The notes under the pieces are model-generated. The model was not told the DNA's origin and did no database searches. It saw only the letters and a list, made by a program, of their open reading frames with translations. From the human T2T-CHM13v2.0 reference genome, Homo sapiens, in NCBI RefSeq assembly GCF_009914755.1, contig NC_060931.1: a stretch of 64,000 nt of DNA, one strand, 5' to 3'. Position 1 is the first letter of the stretch; every line of letters begins with the position of its first letter. Both the position numbers and the translations under genes were made by a program. Below, one piece after another: positions 1-13,172 of the stretch.

Positions 1-208
1 TATTCTCATAGGAGCGTGAACCTTAGTGTGAACTGCACATGCAAGGGATATAGGTTGCTGCTCCTTATGAGAATCTAACGCCTGATGATCTGAAGTGAAA
101 AAGTTTCATCCCAAAACATCCCTCCCTGCCCTCCCCACCCACCCCATCTGTGGAAAACTTGTCCTCCACAAAACTGGTCCCCAGTGCCAAAAAGGTTAGG
201 GACTATTG
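1..208 (+). mobile_element. MER1 (hAT-Charlie, MER1B-like) 3' part
   Basis: TTCTCATAGGAGCGTGAACC...CCTTATGAGAATCTAA...GTGCCAAAAAGGTTAGGGAC matches the MER1 terminus. Confidence 0.8.
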
Positions 209-263
209 GTTTAACATATTAAAATCAATGACTATATTTACCATGTACACAAATTAAATGGGA

Positions 264-560
<297 letters not shown>

Positions 561-819
561 TTAAATTAAAAGAAAATAAATTGATAAAATTCAACACCCA
601 TTCATGATTAAAAAGCAAAAACAACTCTTAGCAAACTAAGACTAGACAAAATTTTCTTAACCTCATAAATGTTATCCACTAGAACCCTACAGCAAACATC
701 TTTCTTATGGTAAAATACTAAAATAATTCTCTTTTAATTTAGGAGCGAGAAAAGATGTGCATCATCTCTGCTAACATTTAAAATAATACCTGCAAAGAAA
801 GGGTTAGAAAAAAGTGGGG

Positions 820-967
820 AGTGGTATAAGGAAAAGAAAGAGAGAAAAAGAGAAAGAGAGAGGGAAGGAAGGGAAAGGAGGGGAGGGGAATGAAGGGGAG
901 GGGAGGGGAGGGAAAGGGAGGGGAGGGGAGGGGAGGGCCGGGCAGGGCAGGGAAGGAAAGGGAAGGA
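820..967. repeat. Purine-rich GA/GGGGA low-complexity tract
   Basis: (GGGGA)n, (GGAA)n, (GGGCA)n runs. Confidence 0.9.
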
Positions 968-1009
968 TCACAACTGGATAGCCTAGCAGAGAGGCAGCAA
1001 AGCTCTTGG

Positions 1010-1235
1010 TGAGCATGGAGCTTAGAAATCAACTGCCTGGGTTTAAGTCCTCCCTTCTGTGTTCAGATGGTAATTTGTGGCTTTGAGCTAATGATTTAAT
1101 CTCTTTGTGGTTAATTTCCTTGTGAGTAAAATGGAGATGAAAAATGACCCTGCTTAAAAGGGCTGTTGTGATAAATATTTAGTGTTCTGAATAGTGCCTA
1201 GCACAGCATGCTATGTGGAATCATTTGCTTAGAAA
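1010..1235 (+). mobile_element. MIR remnant
   Basis: CTGCCTGGGTTTAAGTCC...GTAAAATGGAGATGA...AGGGCTGTTGTGA core-SINE-like. Confidence 0.6.
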
Positions 1236-1640
1236 TAATAATAACATAAATTATACTGACAAATTAACAAGTTTTGTTAAGTGGTTGAATATAAGATCAA
1301 TCTACAAAATCTACTGCATCAACTATATACGAGCAAAAGACCAGAACATATAAATTAGAAAAGAGATGCCATTTACAATAGCAGTAAGATGTATAAGGTA
1401 ACTAGGAATAAATTTAACATGGGTAAATGAATTCTAAGTGGAGATTTTTAAAATTTTTATTGAAAGACATAAAAGACAATCTAAATAAAAATAATGCTAA
1501 TATATGATCTATAAAGATATCATCTGCCCAAAGTAATATATGCATTTTCAATCAAAATCACAACAGGGTTAATGAAAATGTGATGCTAAAAGTTACATGG
1601 TAAAGCAAAGGCTCAAGACAGCCAAAATTCTCCTAAAGAA

Positions 1641-2033
<393 letters not shown>

Positions 2034-2095
2034 TTACAGACCCTAAAAATAAACCTATCCATTTATAGAAATGTGTAAAACAACATGGGATTTTC

Positions 2096-2300
2096 TTTTT
2101 TTTTTTAATTATACTTTAAGTTCTAAGGTACGTGTGCAGGTTTGTTACATATGTATACATGTGCCATGTTGGTGTGCTGCACCCATTAACTCGTCATTTA
2201 CATTAGGTATATCTCCTAATGCTATCCCTCTCCCCTCCCCCCACCCCACGACAGGCCCTGGTGTGTGATGTTCCCCACCCTGTGTCCAAATGTTCTCATT
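2096..2300 (-). mobile_element. 5'-truncated L1PA 3' end (L1PA5-like)
   Basis: Poly-T then TTATACTTTAAGTTCT...CATGTGCCATGTTGGTGTGCTGCACCCATTAAC. Confidence 0.88.
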
Positions 2301-3075
2301 AGAACAGTGGATTTTCAATAAATAAAGCTGGGAAAACTGGTTACCCATATGGAAAACGAAATTAGATTCCTACGTTATACCATCATAAAAATCAATCCCA
2401 GGTATATTATTAATTTAAATATGAAAAGCAAAGCATTTGTACTTTAAAAAGAACATCAGAAGAATATCTTTCTGATGTTGGGGTTGAGAAGGACTTCTTA
2501 CACCAGACACAAATAGTGCTGACCATAAAAGGATAATTAATACATTTGACTGCATTAAAATTAATGTCCTGTTAATCACGAGACACTATAAAGATAAAAA
2601 ATAATTATATTCTGAGAGAAGATATATTCAGCACTTATAATCACAAATGAATTAGGATTAAGAGCCAAGATAGAAGACACTTCCATCGAATCAAGAAAAA
2701 GATAAACACAATAATAGAAATCTGGGCAATAGGCATAAAGAGGCATTTCATAGATTAGGAAACATAAATAATGAATAAATACACACACATATTCATTATT
2801 TAATTGCAGGCAGGAAAGTGCAATAGGGTTAATGAAAATGTGACTCTAGGGGGTTATATGGTAAAGCAAAGGCCTAAGATAGCTAAAATTCTCCTAAAGA
2901 AGGCCAGATTCAGTGACTCATGCCTGTAATCCCAACATTTGGGGAGGCTAAGGCAAGAGGATTATATGAGCCCAGGAGTTCAAGAACAACCTGGGCAACA
3001 TAGTGGGGCCATGAGATGTGCACTTGTACCCATCAGGTCAAACATTAAGAAGTCTGACAATATCAAGTGTTGGAG

Positions 3076-3352
<277 letters not shown>

Positions 3353-3386
3353 TCAAGTGTCAAGTGTTGGTGAACATATGAAGAAT

Positions 3387-3970
3387 GTTAGTCAGGGTTC
3401 TCCAAAGAAACAGAACCAATAGGATCTAGCTAACATATGTATATATTATATTTTATATAAAGATATATATATATATATATGAAGAGATGTATTATAAAAA
3501 ATTGGTTCATGTGATTATGGAGGCTGAGAAGCCCCACAATCTGCCATCTGCAAGCTAGAGACTTAGGAAAGTCAGTGGTATAGTTCCAGCCTGAGTCCAA
3601 AGGCCTTAAAACGAGGAAAGCTGACAGTGTAAGTTCAAGTCTAGGCCTAAAAGCTTGAGAACCCGGAGAGCCAATGGTGTTAAGTTCTAGTGTGAGAGCA
3701 GAAGACTAATGTCTCAGCTCAATCAGTCAGGAAGAATCAGTAAATTCTCCCTTCCTCCACCTTTTTGTTCTATTCACGCCTTGAGTGAACTGGATGATGC
3801 CTATACAATGAATTGGCTGATGGGGAGGGCAATCTGCTTTATTCAGCCTGCCAATTCAAATGCTAGTATCATCCAGCAACACACTCACAGACACACCCAG
3901 AAATAATATTTAAACAAATATCTGGGTACCCCATGGCCAGTCAAGTTGTTACATATAACTAACCATCACA
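3387..3970 (-). mobile_element. MLT2-type (ERVL) solo LTR
   Basis: TTAGTCAGGGTTCTCC...GAAACAGAACCAATAGGA, internal (TA)n, ends TAACCATCACA. Confidence 0.8.
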
Positions 3971-4704
3971 TGAGGCAGTAGGACTCTTGCATAGTGCTAG
4001 GAGGAGCATAAATTGGTACAATCAGTCTAGAACACAAACTGGCACCATCTTCTAAGTCTGAACAAGTATGTAACTTGCAATAAGTTTTTCAATCCCAGGA
4101 ATATATCTTGAAGAAATTCTTGCAAATAGGTGACAAGAAACATACCCTAAAACGGAATATTCATGGTAGCATTGTTCACAAAAGCAAAAACATGGAAAAA
4201 ATCAAAATGATCACTAACATAATAGATAAATTAACTGTGGTATATCCAACATTGCAAGTTGTTATTTGACAGTGAAAAGGAATAGACTACAGCTATATGA
4301 GTTACAGATTTTAAAAAATGGATTGCTGAATATATCATTTTTATGAAGTTCAAAGACAAGCAAAATTAAACCATATATTCTTTCTTTACAAATACATACA
4401 TTTGATAAAGCAGTTTTAATAGTAAGGAAGTAATTCACACAAATTCAGGAGAGTGGTTATGTTTAGATATATGAGGAAACAAGATCTGGAAAGAATTTAT
4501 AGAGTGTCTTTACAGACAGTGATTTCACTAGTCTTCTTACGCCTATGGTTTCTAACTATATATGTTAGAATATTTAGAATATATATAACATGTATAGGAT
4601 ATATCTGTTAGAATATATATTTTTCTATTATCAAATAATGCATAATAAAACATTTAGAACAATGACAGAAATGACATATTTCAAAGATAGAAAGATAAAA
4701 CATA

Positions 4705-4982
4705 GGTCGGGTGCGGTGGCTCACACCTGTAATCCCAGCACTTTGGGAGGCCGAGGCAGATGGATCACAAGGTCAAGAGATCAAGACCATCCTGGCCAAC
4801 AAGGTGAAATCCCGTCTCTACTAAAAATACAAAAATTAGCTGGGCATGGTGGGTGCACGCCTGTAGTCCCAGCTACTCAGGAGGCTGAGGCAGGAGAATC
4901 GCTTGAACCGGGAGGCGGGGGTTGCAGTGAGCCCAGATTGCGCCACTACACTCCAGCATGGAGACAGAGCGAGACTCTGTCT

Positions 4983-5013
<31 letters not shown>
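4705..5013 (+). mobile_element. AluS (Sc-like)
   Basis: GGTCAAGAGATCAAGACCATCCTGGCCAAC; TSD AGAAAGATAAAACAT. Confidence 0.9.
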
Positions 5014-5015
<2 letters not shown>

Positions 5016-5271
5016 AAGATAAAACATGGTGATTTATCGCATTGATATGAGATGGAGCGAGAACAAAAAAGAACGAGTGCTTTCAGCATACCTGCTTATG
5101 GAGTGTCATTGACAAATATGAAAGATCGAAAGGAAGATGATTAGGGGAGAATGAATTTGATTTAGGATGTGTTGTATTAGAGTTGATTCTGGATCTTCTG
5201 GAATATCTAAAATTTATCTAGAAATATAACTAGTTTGAGAGGTCTCTGTTTTGACAGAAAATTAGTGCCGC

Positions 5272-5544
<273 letters not shown>

Positions 5545-7829
5545 TTAGTGCCACCATGACAGTATACATTGATAAAAGAAAGTTGAGATGAATATGGGGA
5601 CCTATGCCCAAATTTCGGGGCTCATAAACTGCAAATGGAATCAATGAAGGAAGACAGGAAAGAATAATCAGCCTATGTAAGCTCCAGGGTGATATAATGT
5701 CATAGAACCAAAGAGAGGACATAGTTGAAGAACCAGAAGACTGCTGTAGGGTCAAACACTTTAGAGAGCGGTAGGAGAATTGGATTTGAGACAGATTTTT
5801 CATTTGGCAAAATGGAAGAGAAGCGGAAAACTCAGAAGCACACAACACATGTTAAGACAGTCATGATAAATTTATGTAAATGTTTAGATTTTACAGTTGG
5901 TTATTTATAAAGTCAAGTGTATTACCTAACGAATCCACCTAATTTATCATCATAGCCCAAACAAGCCATCTAACTAAGCAAGTATGTTTTCCAAGCCACG
6001 CATTTTTTTATTAGAATTGTCTTCACGAGCAGCAATATATTCACCATCATCCCGTTCCTAGAATATTTCTGTTATCCCCAGACTTCATCTATAAGTCATA
6101 TCATAGAGCATTTCTCCCTTTATCTCTTTCACCTGACCCAACTCTAAAGCTCTTTCTACACAATTGAGCTTTACCTCTGCAATTGGGTATCTATATTCAC
6201 TATATTACTTGACATCCATTTTTGAATGACTATAATACGTTGTCTTTCTTCCATGAAAGCATATAATGTTCTCCTACAAGCTTATAAAAATGTCTCTATT
6301 TCACATGTTTTTAATGACTGGTATATAGTACAATGGACACAATAAATATTTTTAGCTGATTTCTATTTCATATCCATGCTATTGCCCCCTCTGAGGGAGT
6401 TTTGTCAGCTTTCCACCAGCCACACCCCTTAATTCTTTCAGAACTCCAGTGCTGCTTGAGATTTCCTGGTTTAATCAGGCCAGTAGCCTATTCATTTGCC
6501 CACATGCTTCCTACTTTCCAATCACTTAGTGCAGTTTTGTCACAGTTGTGTTAATCCCATTTCTCCTTTATTGAGCGTGCTTCTCCAGGAAATATTGCCA
6601 TCATCACTCCCCACAAAATCTAGAAGGTCACTCCACACACCGTCAGGACATGTTGACTGAGTAATGCTGCTGAATACCTACAAAAAGAATAATTTTTCAA
6701 TTCATTAACTTTTTGACTCAGTATAATGAAAGACATTAATTTGAAACATCTACAATTGCAATTGCCTCTAGTAAACTTTAATAACAATGTATTTATCAAA
6801 GTACGATTCAATCACCTTGGGGAGAAAGAAAGCAGGAAATGAAGTTGAAACAAGTAAGTACCCTTCAGAGAAAACAAGCACTTGTTGACAGCTGACTAAT
6901 TGAAGAGAAAGAAGGCATTCTTTTTTCAGGAACACAGGAGACAAAGATGAACAAAAGACTGTCTCAGAGACAGGAAAAAAATAGTTCAGGAGGGAAGTGA
7001 AAAAGAGATCACTAGTCCTTACCTCTTCCAAAAGGGATGATTAGTAGAAAATATTTTGTTATTGTTTAAGAACAAGAAATACAAATTTATCTTAGGACAT
7101 AAAGACAAACACAAAGGCATATAAACATTGTGTATTTTAGGATCCTCGTTTTCCTTTTTTGCATAATTTTTTAGTGGTTGTTCTAAGCATTGCAATATAT
7201 ATCCTTAATATTTCAGACTACTTAGAGTTAATATTGAATCAATTCATTTAAAATGTAGAAATCTTGCAAGGTATGAGTTCATTTACTCACCTTTTCATCC
7301 TTTTTGCTATAGTTGTCAAATGCATTACGTTATAAATCCTATGATGCAATGTTATCATTTTCAGTGCTCTTTATTTTTTGCCGCTGAAGACCTGATTTTC
7401 CATCTGGTTGTATTTCTCTTCAACCTGAAGAACTTCTTTGGTATTTCTTATAGTACGTGTTCACTGGCTACATATACTTTTAGTTTTCTTTATCTGGAAA
7501 TGTATTTTACTTCACCATCATTCTTTTAGAATTATTTTCACTGGATATAGAATTTAATGTAGTTTTGAGTTTTGTTTTATTCTTTAAAGATGTTGTTCCA
7601 CTGTCTTCTGGTCTCCATTATTTTTCTGATGAGAAGACATCAATCATTCAAATCACAATTCCCTTATATGTAATGTGTCATTTTTCTCTGACAGCTTTCA
7701 AAATATCTTTAGTTTTCTGCAACTTGCTGACAATGTGCCAGGTGTGTGCAATGCAATTCTGACATTACCTAGAGTGAGGTCAAATTTCACAAGTTAAGGG
7801 TACAGTCTTCCATAAGAGCTCCCTTATTT

Positions 7830-9868
7830 TGTTATAGGTAGTTAGGCATGAGTGGGGCACGTGAGGGCTCTCCCCCAGCCACTAGGAATGTCAGGTGATG
7901 GTTCAGCAATTATCACATTGACTCTCTAAAAGTGACAAATTGGTAGCCAGTGCAAGGGAGAGGCCATTTCCTGATGATCCACAGCTACTGCACTGAAGTG
8001 TCCACTGAATATAGATGCCAGAGAGAAGGAACTTACTGAGCATGCACATTAAGACACAAAATGGCAGAGTATGACCTTCCAAGGGCACAGCACCAGAAAA
8101 GGGAAAAAAGCCTCAGATGGGCATGTGTACAACTAAACACACCACGCACGCTCACTTCCCAAGCACAAGGAGTGCACTGCACATGCAGGCAGCCCACTCT
8201 AAGGGAAGAATCATGGGAAAGGGGCCAGCCTATAAAGTCCTAGGATCAAGTTAAAGCACTGCACTTGTTCTTCAAGTTGCCTGATTGGATCTCTTCCAAG
8301 TGTACTTTCCTTTCTTTCCTGTTCTAATGCCTTCTTAATAAACTTCCACTCCTGCTCTGAAACTTGCCTAAGTCTCTTTTTTTTCTGCTTTTTGCCCCTC
8401 CATCAAATTCTTTATTCTGAGGAGGCAAGAACTGATGTTGCTGCAGACCTGTACAGATTCATCGCTGGTAACTCAGATACTGAGAGGTGACAGCATGCTG
8501 GCAGCCCTTGCAGCCCTCGCTGGTTCTTGGCGCCTCCTCGGCCTCGGCACCCACTCTGGCCGTGCTTGAGGAGCCCTTCAGCCCCCCGCCGCACTGTGGG
8601 AGCCCCTTCCTGGGATGGGCGAGGCCGGAGGCAGCTCCCTCAGCCTGCGGGGAGGTGTGGAGGGAGAGGCACGGGCGGGAACCGGGGCTGCGCGCCGCGC
8701 TTGCTGGCCAGCTAGAGTTCTGGGTGGGCGTGGGCTTGCCGGGCCCGCACTCGGAGCAGCCAGCCGGCCCCGCAGGCCCGGGGCAGTGAGGGTAATTAGG
8801 ATCCGGGCCAGCAGCTGCGGAGGGTGCGCGGGGTCCCCCACCAGTGCCGGCCCTGTGGCGCTACACTCGATTTCTCGCCGGGCCTTAGCCGCCTCCCCAC
8901 GGGGCAGGGCTCGGGACCTGCAGCCTGGGCACCCTCCCCCCCACCTGTGGGCTCCTGCGCAGACCGAGCCTCCCCGACCAGCGCCGCCCCCTGCTCCACG
9001 GTGCCCAGTCCCATCAACCGCCCAAGGGCTGAGAAGTGCGGGCACACGGGGCAGGACTGGCAGGCGGCTCCCGCTGGGACCCTAGTGCGGGATCCACTGG
9101 GTGAAGCCAGCTGGGCCCCTGAGTCTACTGGGGACTTGGAGAACCTTTATGTCTAGCTAACGGATTGTAAATACACCGATCAGCACTCTGTGTCTAGCTC
9201 AAGGTTTGTAAATACACCAATCAGCACTCTGTATCTAGCTAATCTAGTGAGGACATGGAGAACTTTTGTGTCTAGCTCAGGGATTGTAAATGCACCAATC
9301 AGCACCCTGTCAAAACAGACCAATCAGGTCTCTGTAAAACAGACCAATCAGCTCTCTGTAAAATGAACCAATCAGCAGGATGTGGGTGGGGCCAGATAAG
9401 AGAATAAAAGCAGGCTTCCCCAGCCAGCAGGGGCAATAGGCTCAGGTTCTCTTCCTTGCTGTGGAAGTTTTGTTCTTTTGCTCTTTGCAAAAGCTCTTGC
9501 TACTGCTCATTCTTTGGGTTCATACTGCCTTTATGAGCAGTAACACTGATCACGAAGGTCTGTAGCTTCACTGCTGAAGCCAGCAAGACCACAAACCCAC
9601 TGGGAGGAATGAACAACTCCAGACCTGCTGCCTTAGGAGTTCTAATGCTCACCGTGGAGGTTTGCAGCTTCACTCCTGAGGCCAGCAAGACCACGAACCC
9701 ACCAGAAGGAAGAAACTCTGAACACATCTGAACATCAGAAGGAACAAACTCTGAACACGCTGCCTTTAAGAACTGTAACACTCACCGCGAGGGTCCAAGG
9801 CTTCATTGTTGAAGTCAGTGAGACCAAGAACCCACCAATTCCGGACACAATATCTTCCACCAGTAACA
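7830..9868 (+). mobile_element. ERV1-class solo LTR (MER50-like), split by LTR12
   Basis: TGTTATAGGTAG...; TATAAA 8232, AATAAA 8337; resumes after LTR12 and ends CAGTAACA. Confidence 0.6.
8481..9849 (+). mobile_element. LTR12 (ERV9) solo LTR, C/D/E group, CpG-rich
   Basis: Starts TGAGAGGTGACAGC, ends CCAATTCCGGACACA; CCAATCAG repeats; 4-bp TSD ATAC/ATAT. Confidence 0.93.
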
Positions 9869-10145
9869 CCTTCAGAAACTAGTTGCAAGCCCGGGATTGC
9901 TAGGTCCTTGTTCTTCTGACCGACTGGCTACAAATTCAGGCATTCCCATTGCCCCATCAGATTCTGTAATTTGCTAGAAATGACTTGCAGAACTCAGGAA
10001 AGTATTTATACTTATAGTTTTATTATAAAGGATATAGATCAGGACCAGAAAATGAAGAGATCCACAGAATGCAGTCTGGGAAGGTTCCAAACACAAAAGC
10101 TTCTGTGTCCTAAGAGCATTACTTTTTTGAATCATTAATATATAA

Positions 10146-10544
<399 letters not shown>

Positions 10545-10553
10545 TGATTGAAT

Positions 10554-11297
<744 letters not shown>

Positions 11298-11621
11298 GAA
11301 TCATTGGTCACATGATTGAACTGAATCCCCAGCCCTCCCCACCACCCACCACCCACCACCCACCACCCTACCAAGAGGTACAGCTTATATCACATGCAAT
11401 AACATAGTTGGTCATTCTGATATGGTCAGCCCCCAGCCTGAGTCATCTCATTTGCATAAACTCAAGTGTGATCCCAAGGGCCCATCAAGGATAAAAGATA
11501 ATTCTATCACCCCAAAAAATTCCAAGGATTTAGAGGTCATCTCCCAGGGACAGAGGTCAAATTCTTTACAACAGTGTGGTTTTCTTTGTATTTATCCAAC
11601 TTCTTGGGGTTTGCTGAGCTT

Positions 11622-11841
11622 CTTTTTATTTTTTTAAGACAGGGTTTACCCTGTTGCCAGGTGGGACTGCAGTGGCATAATCAGAGCTCACTGTAGCCTC
11701 AAAACTCCTGGGCTCAAGCAATCCTCCTGCCATAGACTCCCAAGTAGCTGGGACTACAGGCGTGCACCACTACACCTGACTCATTATTTTTAATTTTTTG
11801 TAGAAACAGGGTTTGCTTTGTTGCTCAGGCTTGTCGCAAAC
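11622..11841 (-). mobile_element. Truncated AluJ
   Basis: Antisense Alu lacking part of the left arm. Confidence 0.8.
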
Positions 11842-11847
11842 CCCCAT

Positions 11848-12797
11848 TGTATCCTGGTAGTAACTAACTTCTTTTGTATTTTACAGGTTCATAGGTGGAA
11901 GAGACTTGCCTTGTCTCAGATGAGACTTTAGACTTGGACTTCTGAGTTAATGAGAGAATAAGACTTTGGGGGACTGTTGGGAAGGCATGATTGTGTTCCA
12001 AAATGTGAGAAGGACATGAGATTTGGGAGGGGCCGGGGGCAGAATGCGATTTGGAAGGGGCTAGGGGCAGAATAATATGGTTTGGCTCTGTGTCCCCAAG
12101 TAAACCTCATATTGAATTATAATCCTCAGTGCTGAAGGAGGGGCTTCATGGGAGATGACCGGATCATAGGAGCAGACTTCTCCCTTACTGTTCTTGTTTT
12201 GTTTTGTTTTGTTTTGTTTTTGAGATGCAGTCTCGCTCTCTCGCCCAGGCTGGAGTGCAGTGACGTGATCTCGGCTCACTGTAAGCTCCGCTTCCTGAGT
12301 TCATGCCATTCTCCTGCCTCAGCCTCTCGAGTAGCTGGGACTACAGGCACCCACCACCATGCCCGGCTAATTTGTTTTTTTTTTTTTTTTTTTTGTCTTT
12401 CAGTAGAGACGGGATTTCACCGTGTTAGCCGGGATGGTCTCGATCTCCTGACCTCGTGATCCACCCGCCTCGGCCTCCCAAAGTGCTGGGATTACAGGCG
12501 TGAGCCACTGCGCGCGCGCCCGGCCCCTTACCGTTCTTGGAATAGTGAGTGAGTTCTCATGAGATCTGGTTGATTAAGGTGTGTAGCACTTCCTCCTTTG
12601 CTGGCTCTCTCTCCTGCTCCACCATGTGAAGATTTCCCTCCTTACCTTTACCTTCCACCATGATTAAGTTTCCTGAGACCTCCGTAGCCATGCTTTCTAC
12701 ACAGCCTATGGAACTATGAGTCAATTAAATCTCTTTTGTTCATAACTTACCCAGCCTCAGGTAGTTCCTTACAGCAATGTGAGAATGGACTAATACA
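11848..12797 (+). mobile_element. MaLR internal 3' end + MSTA LTR, interrupted by AluY (about 12196-12524, - strand)
   Basis: LTR ATATGGTTTGGCTCTGTGTCCCC...GGACTAATACA; Alu TSD CCCTTAC(T/C)GTTCTT. Confidence 0.82.
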
Positions 12798-12865
12798 GGA
12801 AGGAAATTCTGGGGAGCACAGCTGCAGCTGAATTGGAACAGTACAAAATTGCCACAGTCCTGATC

Positions 12866-13172
<307 letters not shown>

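Noticed and set aside
8487-9156. Cluster of overlapping 60-156 aa GC-rich ORFs
   Set aside because: All lie in LTR12 U3; stop-poor GC-rich repeat sequence, mostly non-ATG starts
9500-9800. Repeated blocks (GCAGCTTCACT…GCCAGCAAGACCAC.AACCCAC) resembling a repeat-spacer array
   Set aside because: Normal internal tandem repeats of LTR12; not CRISPR (eukaryotic context, no unique spacers, no cas genes)
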